Shown here: one piece after another, positions 1-10,354 of the stretch | Layout of the letters: the number at the start of each line of letters is the position of its first letter | How positions within the stretch are numbered: the stretch's first letter is position 1 | DNA from: an uncultured Gammaproteobacteria bacterium | GTDB lineage: Bacteria > Patescibacteriota > Microgenomatia > UBA8517 | NCBI GenBank assembly: GCA_964645605.1 | Contig: CAZYCE010000001.1 | Location: forward strand, 63 to 64,062 | Length of the DNA stretch: 64,000 nt | Direction of reading: 5' to 3' | Notes under the pieces: generated by a model | What the model was told of the DNA's origin: nothing | What the model saw: only the letters and a program-made list of their open reading frames with translations | The model's database searches: none | Position numbers and translations under genes: made by a program

Positions 1-459
1 AAAAATCGAAATATACTCTTTAGGGTTATTGAAAATAGGTAAAATTGAATGCCCAAAAATCACGGCATTACCCCGCTTTCCCGGAAGTGCCGTACCGGGA
101 TATTGAATCAGGCTTTTTGAAAGGTCTTCACCTCCAATTGCAACCGTCGCGGAGTCAATCTTCAGCTTAGGAATGGACATGGTATAGTAAGAAACTTGGG
201 CTGCCTTAAATTCCTCTACATTGGCTCCTCCGGCAAACCAGCTGCTAGCCATTGTATCGTCAGAGGTTCCATCAATTGAATCCGACAAAATTCCACGGAT
301 TTGACTTCCGGAATCAGCTAATGGGGAAATCATCTTTGTGTAATTTTTAGAGTAAGTAGAATTGTAGTCAACAATCGGGTATATAACACCGGCTAAAATG
401 ATCAGCCCGGAAACGAAGGAGACCAGTGCAGAAATGCGTAGAATTGTCTTTTGCGTCAT
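1..459 (-). CDS. Sortase family protein (3' end runs off the window)
   Basis: Absent from the ORF track; my translation from ATG 459: MTQKTILRISALVSFVSGLIILAGVIYP (N-terminal TM)...YTMSIPKLKID...LIQYPGTALPGKRGNAVIFGHS. The IPKL and PG.xGN.VIxGH motifs (catalytic His) are sortase hallmarks; the TLxTC motif would lie outside the window. Confidence 0.9.
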   Translation of the reverse strand, partial: MTQKTILRISALVSFVSGLIILAGVIYPIVDYNSTYSKNYTKMISPLADSGSQIRGILSDSIDGTSDDTMASSWFAGGANVEEFKAAQVSYYTMSIPKLKIDSATVAIGGEDLSKSLIQYPGTALPGKRGNAVIFGHSILPIFNNPKEYISIF

Positions 460-489
460 GTTACCAATTCTACTATATCAACGAGTATT

Positions 490-2703
490 TTACTCGGGTT
501 TTACTTCAATAATAATATTTTTGGCAATTCTGGGAATAGTCTTAAGAGGTCCGGGGAATTTAATTTTAAGAGCTACATCTGCGTGATCAAAACCCGGTAC
601 CGAATTGAGGTAATCTGTGGCGCTTGATACGGTTTTGCCCAAAATTGTCTTTTTGATTTTATCGGTATCCACCGTAGGCAAAAAATTTCCACCAACCACA
701 ACATCGTAAGTATATTTACCTTCCTGAGCACTTACAAAAGTAAACTTAAAATCTACATGATCGGAAGAAAGCGTATAGCCGCCCGGTGTTTTGTTATTTA
801 GAATACCTTTGGCATATTCCAATAATTTTTCCCTGTCCGCGGCAAGACCGGTGGCACTAAGAGATAAAGATAGTTTGAGGCTTTCCGCCTGATCTCCGAC
901 ATTATGATCGAAATTTTCACTTGCAGTATCAAGCGTAGCCAAATCATTTACAAAAATCTCATTTTCTGCCGCCTTTGCGGAAAGGTCGGATTTTGCATTT
1001 TGGCTAAGTTCATTTTTCAAATCACTTTCTAGACTTGCCTGGTCTTCTTTACTCACCGCTGAAATTTGTTGACTGCTTCCACCACTAAAATCCCCAGTCG
1101 AGGTTGCCGCAACAAGAGCTTTAGAATAATTTCCTACACTAAAAACTTCCCCTTTGGCTAAATTATATTGTGAACCTATATCGTACGCCGTTACGTTAAC
1201 TGTTGCAGTACCGGGAGATCCCGGCAAAAGCTGCCCCGAAACAGATGCTTCATTATCGGTAACAAACTTGAATCCCGACGATGATGTTAAGATTGTGCCT
1301 GCCGCCAGGTTTATCGCCGCACTGTTTCCGTTGGCGATTTGTACACTTCCCTTGGCTTTGTCTCCAATCAGCTTCGTTCCCGTTGTTGATTTGGTTTTTT
1401 CACCGGAGACCTGGTTCTTTAGAACCTTGGCCGGAATAATTCCGCCTGCAGTATCGCCCTGCCCATTTGTATCAAATACTATTTGAGTACTTTCCTCGGC
1501 TCGTTGAGGCGTAACATAAATACTTACTTTAGCTGTTTGACCAAACCACCATAAAAGAAAAATTGTCAAAATTCCCAGTCCAAGTACCGACAAAACCGCA
1601 ATCAGACCTTTCTTTTGGCTTGGTACCTCAGTCTTTGACTTAGAAAATATTTTGGAAAAAGAATGAAAAAGACTTTTAGATTTAGCCAAATAATTGGAAG
1701 GTGTTTTAAGAGTAGCCGGCGGAGGTTTTACGACCGGAATGGATTGTGGCGATATTGGTGTCGAACCGGGCGGTGATTGATTAGAAACCGCCGGCGTAAT
1801 ATTTTGTATATCCTCCTTTTTAATTGAGGAAACGTCTGCCCCAACAGCAAAACCAAATTCTTCGGCAGAGATTGGTTTTTCGTTTTCAACTTTTTCTTCA
1901 GGCGCTTCCTCAGAATTTCCTTCTGATTCCTCAGCTTCTTCACTAACCACCGAAGTAACATTTCCCATCTCAGAACCCCCAGCAAGGGCAGTGGCTAAAA
2001 CTTTTTTATCTACGCTCAAGATTTCAACCTGTGGAGTATGCAGAAAGCTTATCTTTCCCTCACTCCAATTCGCCTGTATTAGAGTTTGTCTTGTCTCCTC
2101 CAACTCTCCCTCCTTTCCGTCATAAACAACAAATCTCGTGGGCAAAGGATTAACTCCATTAAACCTGGAAAGTCCCTCGATAACATCATCAACCAAAGAA
2201 ACGCTCCTGGAAACTTCGGTCGTTCCAATCAGTTCTCCAAGCTTGAATAGGGAAAGCTCTATATATTCGCTACCTGATTTGATAATAATCGCATTAAGTG
2301 GAGAACCTTCTTCTGATTTATAAAGATGGGCAATTGCTTCGGGTAAAACAACAAATCCGACGGGGGTAAGAGTAAGCTCTGTGCAAATTTTTTTAATTTT
2401 GGGCAAATTTTCAGGAGAAATTTCACCATTTTTTACCCAGGAGGTTGAAACACCAAAAACGGTTTTTTGCGGTTCAGGGTAATCTTCCGGAAGCTTTTGT
2501 ATGGCTGAGGAAAGTGCTGCGTCAGTTGACTCAATCAATTCTTCATCGCTTTCCCAAGGAATACCTGCGCCTATCCCTACCACTTCCGCAGTTCCTTCAT
2601 TGATATACCAAATTCCCGACTGCACCAGACCCTTTTCAATCACAAGTGCCCAAAAAAGTTCGGGCTGGCTTTCTCTATTTGTCAACAAATCTTTGAGGTT
2701 CAT
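490..2703 (-). CDS. Membrane protein: degenerate FtsA/PilM-like N-domain, Pro/Glu-rich linker, TM helix, baseplate-J-like C-domain
   Basis: LTPVGFVVLPEAIAH resembles the FtsA/PilM connect motif; TM GLIAVLSVLGLGILTIFLLWWF; AGTILTSSSGFKFVTD..V.VTA...G..YN..FSGG is the Baseplate_J-like pattern. Confidence 0.65.
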   Translation of the reverse strand: MNLKDLLTNRESQPELFWALVIEKGLVQSGIWYINEGTAEVVGIGAGIPWESDEELIESTDAALSSAIQKLPEDYPEPQKTVFGVSTSWVKNGEISPENLPKIKKICTELTLTPVGFVVLPEAIAHLYKSEEGSPLNAIIIKSGSEYIELSLFKLGELIGTTEVSRSVSLVDDVIEGLSRFNGVNPLPTRFVVYDGKEGELEETRQTLIQANWSEGKISFLHTPQVEILSVDKKVLATALAGGSEMGNVTSVVSEEAEESEGNSEEAPEEKVENEKPISAEEFGFAVGADVSSIKKEDIQNITPAVSNQSPPGSTPISPQSIPVVKPPPATLKTPSNYLAKSKSLFHSFSKIFSKSKTEVPSQKKGLIAVLSVLGLGILTIFLLWWFGQTAKVSIYVTPQRAEESTQIVFDTNGQGDTAGGIIPAKVLKNQVSGEKTKSTTGTKLIGDKAKGSVQIANGNSAAINLAAGTILTSSSGFKFVTDNEASVSGQLLPGSPGTATVNVTAYDIGSQYNLAKGEVFSVGNYSKALVAATSTGDFSGGSSQQISAVSKEDQASLESDLKNELSQNAKSDLSAKAAENEIFVNDLATLDTASENFDHNVGDQAESLKLSLSLSATGLAADREKLLEYAKGILNNKTPGGYTLSSDHVDFKFTFVSAQEGKYTYDVVVGGNFLPTVDTDKIKKTILGKTVSSATDYLNSVPGFDHADVALKIKFPGPLKTIPRIAKNIIIEVKPE

Positions 2704-2709
2704 TTTTTG

Positions 2710-4524
2710 TTAATTACTAACAAGGGCAGCATATATACGGATAATGCCGGATCCGATTTTCTCTTGTTTAATTATTTTAACACCACCAATTACACCTGTG
2801 TTGGTCACATGCGGCCCACCGCACACTTCTTTTGAAAACCAATTTCCGTTCGAATTCCCGACTGTATAGACTTTAACCTCGCTGCCATACTTTTCCGCAA
2901 AAAAATGCATAGCGCCTTCTTTTATGGCTTCAGACAGACTCATTGTCGTAAATGTAACAGGTAAATCTTCTTCAATTTTGAGGTTTATCAGATCTTCGAC
3001 TTTCTCTATTTCTTCATCTGTGAGTTTTTGCGGATGAGAAAAATCAAATCTCAATCTCTCCACGGTAATATGACTTCCTTTTTGACCCACATGCTCTCCC
3101 AAAACCTGCCGCAAAGCAGCATGCAAAAGATGGGTGGCGGTATGGAGCTTTGTCGTAATTTCTGAAGAGTCGGCCAATCCTCCTTTGAACATCCCGGCAG
3201 ACGCAGATCGGGAAGCTTCTTTGTGTTTTTCAAATTCAGTCTCGAAAGCATTTTTTTCTTCGGCCGAGAAAGCCATTCCGTTTTGTTTCAAAATTTCCAT
3301 TGTCAGTTCAAGCGGAAAACCCTCGGTTTGATAAAGATCAAAAGCAAACTCACCGTCTATTATTTTTCCTTCCGAAACAGTCTTTGTAAGACTTGCCAAT
3401 CCTCTTTTTAAGGCTGCTTCAAAACGCGTTGCCTCCACAGTCAGATTTTCCTCAATAATTTGCCAGTTTTTATCAACATTTGGGTAGAACTTTCTAAATC
3501 CTGCGGCAATTGCGGAAACGGTGGTGCCTGAAATACCGGACCCTAAAAGATGAAAATGGAACATCGAACGTCTGATTAATCTTCTTAGGGCATAACTATG
3601 AAGTTTATTTCCCGGTATTACACCCTCGCTTAAAAGATTTACAGATCCTCTAAGGTGGTCGGCAATAACACGGAAACTTTTGTCTTTGATGAGGTCAGAG
3701 TTATATTGAGTCCCAGTTTCTTTCTCAATCCTCCCGATAACTTCAGAAAAAAGGTCTATATGAAAAACATCAGGATCGTCTAACACGGCTGAGGCAATCC
3801 TTTCAAGCCCTCCTCCAAAATCTACATTTTTTTGTGGCAGTTCTTGCAGTTTTTCCCCTTCGGTTTTCTGATATTGCATAAAGACAGAGTTTCCTATCTC
3901 CAAAAATTTTCCGCAGTCACAGTTTGGGTGACAAAATTTGCCGTATTTCGTGTCGTGAGGAACATCGGTAAACTCATAGAAAATTTCACTGTCCGGTCCT
4001 CCTATTTCACCAAGGGGCATAGCTTCTGGTATTCCTGCCCTGCTCCACCAATTTTTGGTAGCATCGTAAAAATGAATGTGGCTTTCAGGTAGTCCAAGTT
4101 TTTTCCAGATTTCAAATGATTCAGTATCCTTTGGAACTTCATCACTACCTTCAAAGACGCTTACATGCAGCCTTTCCGGATCAATTCCTAATTCTTTCGT
4201 AAAAAACTCCCAAACCCAACCCAACTGTTCCTTCTTAAAATAATCACCCAAACTCCAATTCCCAAGCATTTCAAAAAAACTAAAATGACGATTGTCGGCC
4301 ACCTCATCAAGATCTTGCATGCGGATTGACGGCTGAATATCAACTAACCTTTTCCCCTGGGGGTGTTTTTCACCTTTGAGGTATGGCACCAATTGCTGCA
4401 TACCTGCTGATGTAAAAAGCGTTGTCGGATCGGATTCTATAACAAGTGGGCTTGGTGTAATTTCTTTGTGTCCATTTTTTTTAAAGAAATCCAAATATTT
4501 TTTTCTAATCTCATCTATGCTCAT
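2710..4524 (-). CDS. alaS: Alanine--tRNA ligase, short form lacking the C-Ala domain
   Basis: DPTTLFTSAGMQQ, FFEMLGNWS, DFGGGLER, editing motifs HTATH and CGGPH; 604 aa. Confidence 0.97.
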   Translation of the reverse strand: MSIDEIRKKYLDFFKKNGHKEITPSPLVIESDPTTLFTSAGMQQLVPYLKGEKHPQGKRLVDIQPSIRMQDLDEVADNRHFSFFEMLGNWSLGDYFKKEQLGWVWEFFTKELGIDPERLHVSVFEGSDEVPKDTESFEIWKKLGLPESHIHFYDATKNWWSRAGIPEAMPLGEIGGPDSEIFYEFTDVPHDTKYGKFCHPNCDCGKFLEIGNSVFMQYQKTEGEKLQELPQKNVDFGGGLERIASAVLDDPDVFHIDLFSEVIGRIEKETGTQYNSDLIKDKSFRVIADHLRGSVNLLSEGVIPGNKLHSYALRRLIRRSMFHFHLLGSGISGTTVSAIAAGFRKFYPNVDKNWQIIEENLTVEATRFEAALKRGLASLTKTVSEGKIIDGEFAFDLYQTEGFPLELTMEILKQNGMAFSAEEKNAFETEFEKHKEASRSASAGMFKGGLADSSEITTKLHTATHLLHAALRQVLGEHVGQKGSHITVERLRFDFSHPQKLTDEEIEKVEDLINLKIEEDLPVTFTTMSLSEAIKEGAMHFFAEKYGSEVKVYTVGNSNGNWFSKEVCGGPHVTNTGVIGGVKIIKQEKIGSGIIRIYAALVSN

Positions 4525-4542
4525 GGCTAAAGTATATCATTT

Positions 4543-4776
4543 TTAGCTACCGTGGGTTTCAATCTTTTTACCTTTGTGAAGTATTTCCATAACGGAAGTT
4601 AACTTCTCCGGACGAATCAAGCCTCCACCCAAAATTGAATCTTCCAAAATACTATTTAATCTTTTAACGGCGCGCCTTAAATCAACAATTATTAGCATTA
4701 CCTGAATTCCCACCACAACCAAAAGAAACGTGAGAGCAATAACAACGACTATCAAAAGTGTTTGAACGGAATCCAT
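4543..4776 (-). CDS. Small single-pass membrane protein
   Basis: 77 aa, long hydrophobic N-terminus followed by a coiled segment; co-oriented with neighbours. Confidence 0.75.
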   Translation of the reverse strand: MDSVQTLLIVVVIALTFLLVVVGIQVMLIIVDLRRAVKRLNSILEDSILGGGLIRPEKLTSVMEILHKGKKIETHGS

Positions 4777-4780
4777 GTCT

Positions 4781-4817
4781 AATTATCAATTAATAACCAA
4801 CAATTTACAATAAACAA
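4781..4817 (+). repeat. 7-nt-period repeat, same family
   Basis: AATTATC AATTAAT AACCAAC AATTTAC AATAAAC. Confidence 0.7.
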
Positions 4818-4819
4818 CC

Positions 4820-5446
4820 CTAGTTGGTATCAACAAGTATCTTCCGGCTGACAATTGTTTCCTTACCCGATCTGGAGACTGCTTTAACTACAACCTCCGT
4901 TGTTTCCGGAGAAACCCCTAAATCCACAGAAAATTTGCCGTCTTTATCAACCAACACGGGCTGGTTATCGACTGTGATTTTGACGTCTACATCGGTTGAG
5001 CCAAAGACTAAAACGGAATTTCCATCCACGATTTGTCCTTCTACAGGACTTTGAATATCCACCTTTGGAGGAGAAGTAAATTTTTTATATTGCAAGCCCA
5101 AGTATCCCAAAATAAAAATAACGACTATGGAAATTCCTAAAATAAACGTTAGTTTGGGATTCCACGAAGACTTACTGGAAACGTCGGGTTTCGGGTTGAT
5201 GTTCAACTTTTTTGGTGGATAGTCTCGTTTTAGGATAGCAACAGACGTCTTTTCATCAAGGTCCAAGGCCGAAGATATACTTTTTACAAAGCCTAAAACA
5301 GTCGGAAAAGGGGGAAGGTCTTGCCATCTTTCGTCCTCGATAGCCTCAATAAAAGAGATTTTTATCTTTGTTATTTCCTCGAGCCTTTCAAACGAATATT
5401 TTTTTTCCCTGCGGGCGTTCGCGATAATTTGTCCTATGCTTTTCAT
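4820..5446 (-). CDS. RodZ-like HTH-TM protein with a C-terminal Ig-like domain
   Basis: SIGQII..AR..K...LEEITKI..SFIEAIE...LPP...GFV is the RodZ HTH pattern; a TM helix follows; lies downstream of ftsK. Confidence 0.8.
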   Translation of the reverse strand: MKSIGQIIANARREKKYSFERLEEITKIKISFIEAIEDERWQDLPPFPTVLGFVKSISSALDLDEKTSVAILKRDYPPKKLNINPKPDVSSKSSWNPKLTFILGISIVVIFILGYLGLQYKKFTSPPKVDIQSPVEGQIVDGNSVLVFGSTDVDVKITVDNQPVLVDKDGKFSVDLGVSPETTEVVVKAVSRSGKETIVSRKILVDTN

Positions 5447-5457
5447 TTAAATAAAAT

Positions 5458-7560
5458 TTACTGGGCAGGAGGATTTCCGAAGGAAGCCAAAAATTCATCG
5501 GCATTTTGGACTAAAACCTCACGGGCCTTACCACTATCACTCGCTCCAACAACCCCGGCTGCTTCAAGCTGGTCAACTATTCTGGCCGCTCTGGCATATC
5601 CTATCGAAAGCCTCCTTTGAAGAAGAGATGACGATGCCTTATCATACTGACAAACGACTTTTACTGCCTCCTTGAAAAGATCGTCCACGCTTCCCTGAAC
5701 TCCCGGCACCATGACAGTCCCTGCCTTAGACATTGATGTAACCTCCTCCGTATATTGAGGGTTTACACCTTGGTTTTTGAGAAAGGTGGTTAGGGCAACC
5801 ACCTCTTTGTCTCCTACAAAAGCCCCTTGAATTCTGACCGGTTTTGCCTGTTCAGGTGGAAGATAGAGCATATCTCCTTTTCCAAGAAGTTTTTCGGCTC
5901 CCTGGGTATCCAAAATCACACGCGAATCTACCTGGGAAGCAACTGCGAAAGCAATTCTGCTGGGAACATTGGCTTTAATAAGGCCTGTTATTACGTCTAC
6001 CGAAGGACGCTGTGTCGCCAAAACCATGTGTATCCCGGTAGCTCTGGACATTTGAGCAATTCTGGTGATGGAATCTTCAACCTCAACAGGGCTAAAAAGC
6101 ATGATATCAGCAAGTTCGTCTATGAAAAGAACTATGTAAGGAAGTGCTTGAAAACCGGACATCTCATTGTAAGATTCAATATTTCTGGCCCCTGCCTGAG
6201 AAAAAAGCTTATAGCGTCTGTCCATTTCGGCCATTATCCAGCGAAGTGCCGATAAAACTTTATCCGGTTCAACGATAACCGGTGACAAAAGATGTGGAAT
6301 TCCTCCATAGCGGGTAAGCTCGACTCTTTTGGGATCAACTAAAATAAGTTTGACTTCTGTTGGTGCAGCCCTAAAAAGAATAGACATCAAGAAGGCATTT
6401 ATACAAACGGACTTACCGGAGCCGGTTTGACCTGCTATTAAGATGTGAGGCATCTTGGCAATGTCGGCAACAATGGGTTTACCTGAAACATCAAGGCCCA
6501 AGGAAACCTCCAACTTGGATTTGGCACTTTGCATCTCTTGAGACTCCATAATTTTTCTCAACGGCACAAATTCGGCTGAACGGTTGGGCAGCTCGATTCC
6601 TACAAGATTTCTTCCGGGAATCGGCGCCTCAATCCTAATCGTTCCGGTTGGGGCGGAAAGGGCAAGGGCAAGATCGCGTTCAAGAGATGTAATTTTGGAA
6701 AGTTTGGTTCCCAAAGCAACCTCAATTGCATATTGGGTTACAGCAGGGCCCAAATTGACCTCTACCACATGGGCAGTAATCCCAAACGACTCCAAAGTTT
6801 TTTCAATTGTCGCAGCATTGCCTTTAATATCACCGCGTTCAGCATGTCCTCCGTCACTTTCGCCAAAAATATCAATTGTGGGATATCTCCACACCGTTTC
6901 CTCACCCGGGATATTGCTGACAAGCTTTTGTTCCAATGGCTCTTTGGGTACGGCGGCAGCGGAAATGCCTGTTTTAGTATTACCCGAAGGAGAGTTTCCT
7001 CCAATAACCCTCATTTGTCCCCTTTGAAGACCAGTTCCTCCGATTTTTATTTGAGACTTGTCGCCATGAATATAAACCCCCACCTGTCTGAAAAATTCTT
7101 TTAAAATTTTATAAACCTGATCTATCGAGGTATTAAACAAAATTATTAGCCCGATTATTCCGATACCGGCAAAGGTTATTCCGGCACCCACCCCCATTAC
7201 AAGCTCGGCAATTGCACTCCAAATTGTCCTCCCGGCAATACCCGCTTGTCCCAAAGCCATAACCGAAATGAAAAACAAAAGACTTCCCACAATAACATTG
7301 GGTTGACCTAAAATAAACTTAACCTTGGAAAGAAGAAATGCAAAAGAAAGGAATATAAAAGGTAGAAAAATTGATGACCAAGAAAAATAACTTAAAAGAA
7401 AGTCATTAAATTTAATAAAAATCATTCCCTGACGGGAAAACGAAACCAGAATAAGGCCGGCAATAATAAAAAATATAACTTGGGAAATCGAAAACATCGA
7501 CTCTTTTTTGAGCTTTAACCTGAACGACCTTTTTGTAAATCTTTTCCTCTTCTTGCTCAT
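5458..7560 (-). CDS. ftsK: DNA translocase FtsK/SpoIIIE
   Basis: N-terminal TMs, PHILIAGQTGSGKS, IDELAD, LATQRPS, gamma domain LQRRLSIGYARAARIVDQLE. Confidence 0.97.
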   Translation of the reverse strand: MSKKRKRFTKRSFRLKLKKESMFSISQVIFFIIAGLILVSFSRQGMIFIKFNDFLLSYFSWSSIFLPFIFLSFAFLLSKVKFILGQPNVIVGSLLFFISVMALGQAGIAGRTIWSAIAELVMGVGAGITFAGIGIIGLIILFNTSIDQVYKILKEFFRQVGVYIHGDKSQIKIGGTGLQRGQMRVIGGNSPSGNTKTGISAAAVPKEPLEQKLVSNIPGEETVWRYPTIDIFGESDGGHAERGDIKGNAATIEKTLESFGITAHVVEVNLGPAVTQYAIEVALGTKLSKITSLERDLALALSAPTGTIRIEAPIPGRNLVGIELPNRSAEFVPLRKIMESQEMQSAKSKLEVSLGLDVSGKPIVADIAKMPHILIAGQTGSGKSVCINAFLMSILFRAAPTEVKLILVDPKRVELTRYGGIPHLLSPVIVEPDKVLSALRWIMAEMDRRYKLFSQAGARNIESYNEMSGFQALPYIVLFIDELADIMLFSPVEVEDSITRIAQMSRATGIHMVLATQRPSVDVITGLIKANVPSRIAFAVASQVDSRVILDTQGAEKLLGKGDMLYLPPEQAKPVRIQGAFVGDKEVVALTTFLKNQGVNPQYTEEVTSMSKAGTVMVPGVQGSVDDLFKEAVKVVCQYDKASSSLLQRRLSIGYARAARIVDQLEAAGVVGASDSGKAREVLVQNADEFLASFGNPPAQ

Positions 7561-7588
7561 ATTTCAACCATTGTATATCGGAGTACGC

Positions 7589-9253
7589 TCAAACCTCAAC
7601 CACAACCGGTAAAATCATGGGGCGTCGTCCTGTTTTTTGGTAAAAATACTTTTCAAGAAAATCTATGGCGATATTTCTAACCACATTTGCATTAATCGAT
7701 TTCTTTGTTTGCATGGCACGGGCAAGTTCTTTTGAGGCATCCTCTAAAATTCGGCCGTATTTTTGCTCAAAAACGAATCCACGGCTCATTATTTCGGGGT
7801 TATCTATAAGCACGCTTGCATTCCTGTCAAAATGAATTATTGCGATAACTATTCCTTCTTTGGAAAGAATATGACGATCCCTCAGAACCACGTTTCCGAC
7901 ATCCCCAATTCCAAGTCCGTCTATTAAAACTTCTTTAACGGCGACTTTTCCGGCCTTTTTTGCATACTGATTTTTGAACTCAACGATTTCACCCGGAAGA
8001 AGTTCTAAAACGTTATTTTCAGGAGCCCCCATCCTCTGGGCAATGAGACCGTAGGCACGCATGTGCCTAATTGTTCCTCCGATAGGAATAAAATATTTAG
8101 GTTTGGTGAGTGCAAAAAGTGTTTCAATATCCCCAATACTTCCGTGTCCCGAAACGTGCAAATCCTCCTGCATATCGTAGTAGTGGACATCCACGTCCGC
8201 CTCTATCAGCTTATCAACCAAAAAATCAACATTAGTCTTACTTCCGGGCGGCGCAGGATCTGAAGAAAATATCACAACATCCCCTTTGCCGATTGTCAGA
8301 AAATCATGCTCTCCCATACAAAGCCTGTAAAGGGCACTCCCGGGTTGTCCGTAGCTCCCGGAGATAATATACAAAACCTTATTGGGTGGAAGGTGCGCTG
8401 CCTGTTTCGACTTTATTACTAAATCATTAGGATAAAACAAATACCCCAAGTCCTTAGCAATTTGAGCTTTTCTTTCAATTGAACGGCCAATCAAAACCAC
8501 CTTTCGGCCCAATTTTGCGGCAACATTGATGGTCTGCTGCATACGACTGATATTGCTTGAAATTGTTGTTAAATAAATCTTGCCGGGAATATCTTGGGCT
8601 ATCTCCTCAATTCTTCCTTGGATTGAAAGTTCACTTTCAGTATAGCCGGGGGTATTTGCTCCCAAAGCGTCGGAGGCCAGTGCCAAAGTGCCCTGTGAGG
8701 CAAGTGTTGCAACTTTAGCAATATCAAAAGGCCTACCGTCAACCGGGGTCCAGTCAAATTTATAATCCGGCACATGGAAAATTTTACCTTCCGGAGTGTC
8801 TATACAAAAACCAACCCCATCCGGAACGGAATGACTGACCCTGAAAGGCGTGATTTTGAAAACTCCCAGAGTCAGAACATCTTTTTCGGGGTTAAAAACA
8901 GAAATATGGGGCATGGGTGTGTCGTAATCTTCAAATTTATCCTCGATAAATCCGGCCACCAATTTTGAGGCGTAAACGGTTGCCTTTACATCCTTCATAA
9001 GAAACGGAAGCCCACCAAGATGATCCTCATGTCCGTGAGAAATCAAGATTCCGCGGAGTTTGGCGGCATTTTGCTTGATATAAGAAAAATCCGGTATGAC
9101 GAGGTCAACCCCAAACATTTCACTTTCCGGGAAACCAACTCCACAATCCACGACAATCATATCGTTTCCGTACTCATAAACGTAGAGATTTTCCGTTACC
9201 CCTGTAGTGCCTGATAAGGCGATAAATTTTAAAGCAGACATTTTGTTAAACAA
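7589..9253 (-). CDS. rnj: Ribonuclease J
   Basis: MBL motif SHGHEDHLG, HSVPD, HVSGHG, C-terminal RRPMILPVVVEV. Confidence 0.96.
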   Translation of the reverse strand: MFNKMSALKFIALSGTTGVTENLYVYEYGNDMIVVDCGVGFPESEMFGVDLVIPDFSYIKQNAAKLRGILISHGHEDHLGGLPFLMKDVKATVYASKLVAGFIEDKFEDYDTPMPHISVFNPEKDVLTLGVFKITPFRVSHSVPDGVGFCIDTPEGKIFHVPDYKFDWTPVDGRPFDIAKVATLASQGTLALASDALGANTPGYTESELSIQGRIEEIAQDIPGKIYLTTISSNISRMQQTINVAAKLGRKVVLIGRSIERKAQIAKDLGYLFYPNDLVIKSKQAAHLPPNKVLYIISGSYGQPGSALYRLCMGEHDFLTIGKGDVVIFSSDPAPPGSKTNVDFLVDKLIEADVDVHYYDMQEDLHVSGHGSIGDIETLFALTKPKYFIPIGGTIRHMRAYGLIAQRMGAPENNVLELLPGEIVEFKNQYAKKAGKVAVKEVLIDGLGIGDVGNVVLRDRHILSKEGIVIAIIHFDRNASVLIDNPEIMSRGFVFEQKYGRILEDASKELARAMQTKKSINANVVRNIAIDFLEKYFYQKTGRRPMILPVVVEV

Positions 9254-9866
9254 GATTCATTTGTTCCGACCCGGGAACTTCTTTTTTCTTTTCTTCCTCC
9301 ATTTTACTCAATATTTCCTTCAATTGATAGAAGTCGTTCTTTTCCGACTCCATCACATTGCCGTTTCTTAAAGCCGCCGCAGGGTGGTACATCGGAATTA
9401 CCACGATATTTCTGCCCTTCCAAAAAACATTTTGTTTCTTGCCGTGTACCTCTGAAATAAAAACGTTTGGTAAGAATTTTGCCATAGAAAATCTTCCCAG
9501 AGTGATAATCACTTCAGGATTAATTATTTCAATTATTTTATCCAAATATTTTCCATACGCCGCAATCTCATCCGGCTCCGGGTCGCGATTTTCCGGAGGC
9601 CTATGGTGAACAATGTTAGTTATAAAAACATCCTTCCTTTGTAAACCAGCCAATGGAAAAAGTTTATCCAACAATTTACCGGCTTGTCCGACAAAAGGAA
9701 TTCCCTGCCGATCCTCATTAAACCCGGGTCCCTCCCCGATGCAAAGAATTTTTGCCTTAGTATTGCCGGTACCAAAAACTAATTTCGTGGCCCCTTTTCT
9801 GAGAGGGAGTGTGTCATCCTTCTCCATTTCTTTTTCCAGCTTATGAAGTTCTTCAAAATTGCTCAT
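9246..9866 (-). CDS. Uracil-DNA glycosylase, family 4
   Basis: GEGPG...PFVGQAG, RPPENRDP and YHPAA motifs. Confidence 0.93.
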   Translation of the reverse strand: MSNFEELHKLEKEMEKDDTLPLRKGATKLVFGTGNTKAKILCIGEGPGFNEDRQGIPFVGQAGKLLDKLFPLAGLQRKDVFITNIVHHRPPENRDPEPDEIAAYGKYLDKIIEIINPEVIITLGRFSMAKFLPNVFISEVHGKKQNVFWKGRNIVVIPMYHPAAALRNGNVMESEKNDFYQLKEILSKMEEEKKKEVPGSEQMNLV

Positions 9867-10338
9867 TTTCGTTTATAAATTCTACTTTGTTTTTGACAGT
9901 GTCATAAATCGCAAAATTGATTCCGGTAACTGTTGCTCCGGGACGGACTATCTTAACTGGTGTTTCCACACTTTCATACTTTGAATGGTAATGCCCGTTT
10001 ATTATTAAATCCAATTTTTTTCCGCCAAAATATTTTTTATTATCGGAGGGTTTATGAGTAATTCCGATGTTCCTCCCGCCCAAATTAATTATTAAAAAAT
10101 TTTCGTTAAATTCTTTCGCCTTTTTCTTTAAATCACTTATCAATTCCGGACTAATATCTGCATTACCCAATACTGTATAAAGGGGAATTCCTGAAAGTCT
10201 GACTATCTCAACTGATGTTGACGTATCCCAATCTCCCGCGTGGATAATCGCGGAAACGCCATATTTTTCGACAAATTCCACAATGTGTCTTAAATTTGCG
10301 ATGTGCCCATGTGAATCGGAAATAATCAAAACTTTCAT
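9853..10338 (-). CDS. YfcE/MJ0936-like metallophosphoesterase
   Basis: SDSHG, HAGD, GNAD and GHYH calcineurin-like motifs. Confidence 0.9.
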   Translation of the reverse strand: MKVLIISDSHGHIANLRHIVEFVEKYGVSAIIHAGDWDTSTSVEIVRLSGIPLYTVLGNADISPELISDLKKKAKEFNENFLIINLGGRNIGITHKPSDNKKYFGGKKLDLIINGHYHSKYESVETPVKIVRPGATVTGINFAIYDTVKNKVEFINENEQF

Positions 10339-10354
10339 AACAACCTATTGTATA

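Noticed and set aside
490-2703. Prophage or contractile injection system suggested by the baseplate-J-like domain
   Set aside because: No sheath, tube, terminase, capsid or integrase genes; the protein is membrane-anchored among housekeeping genes.
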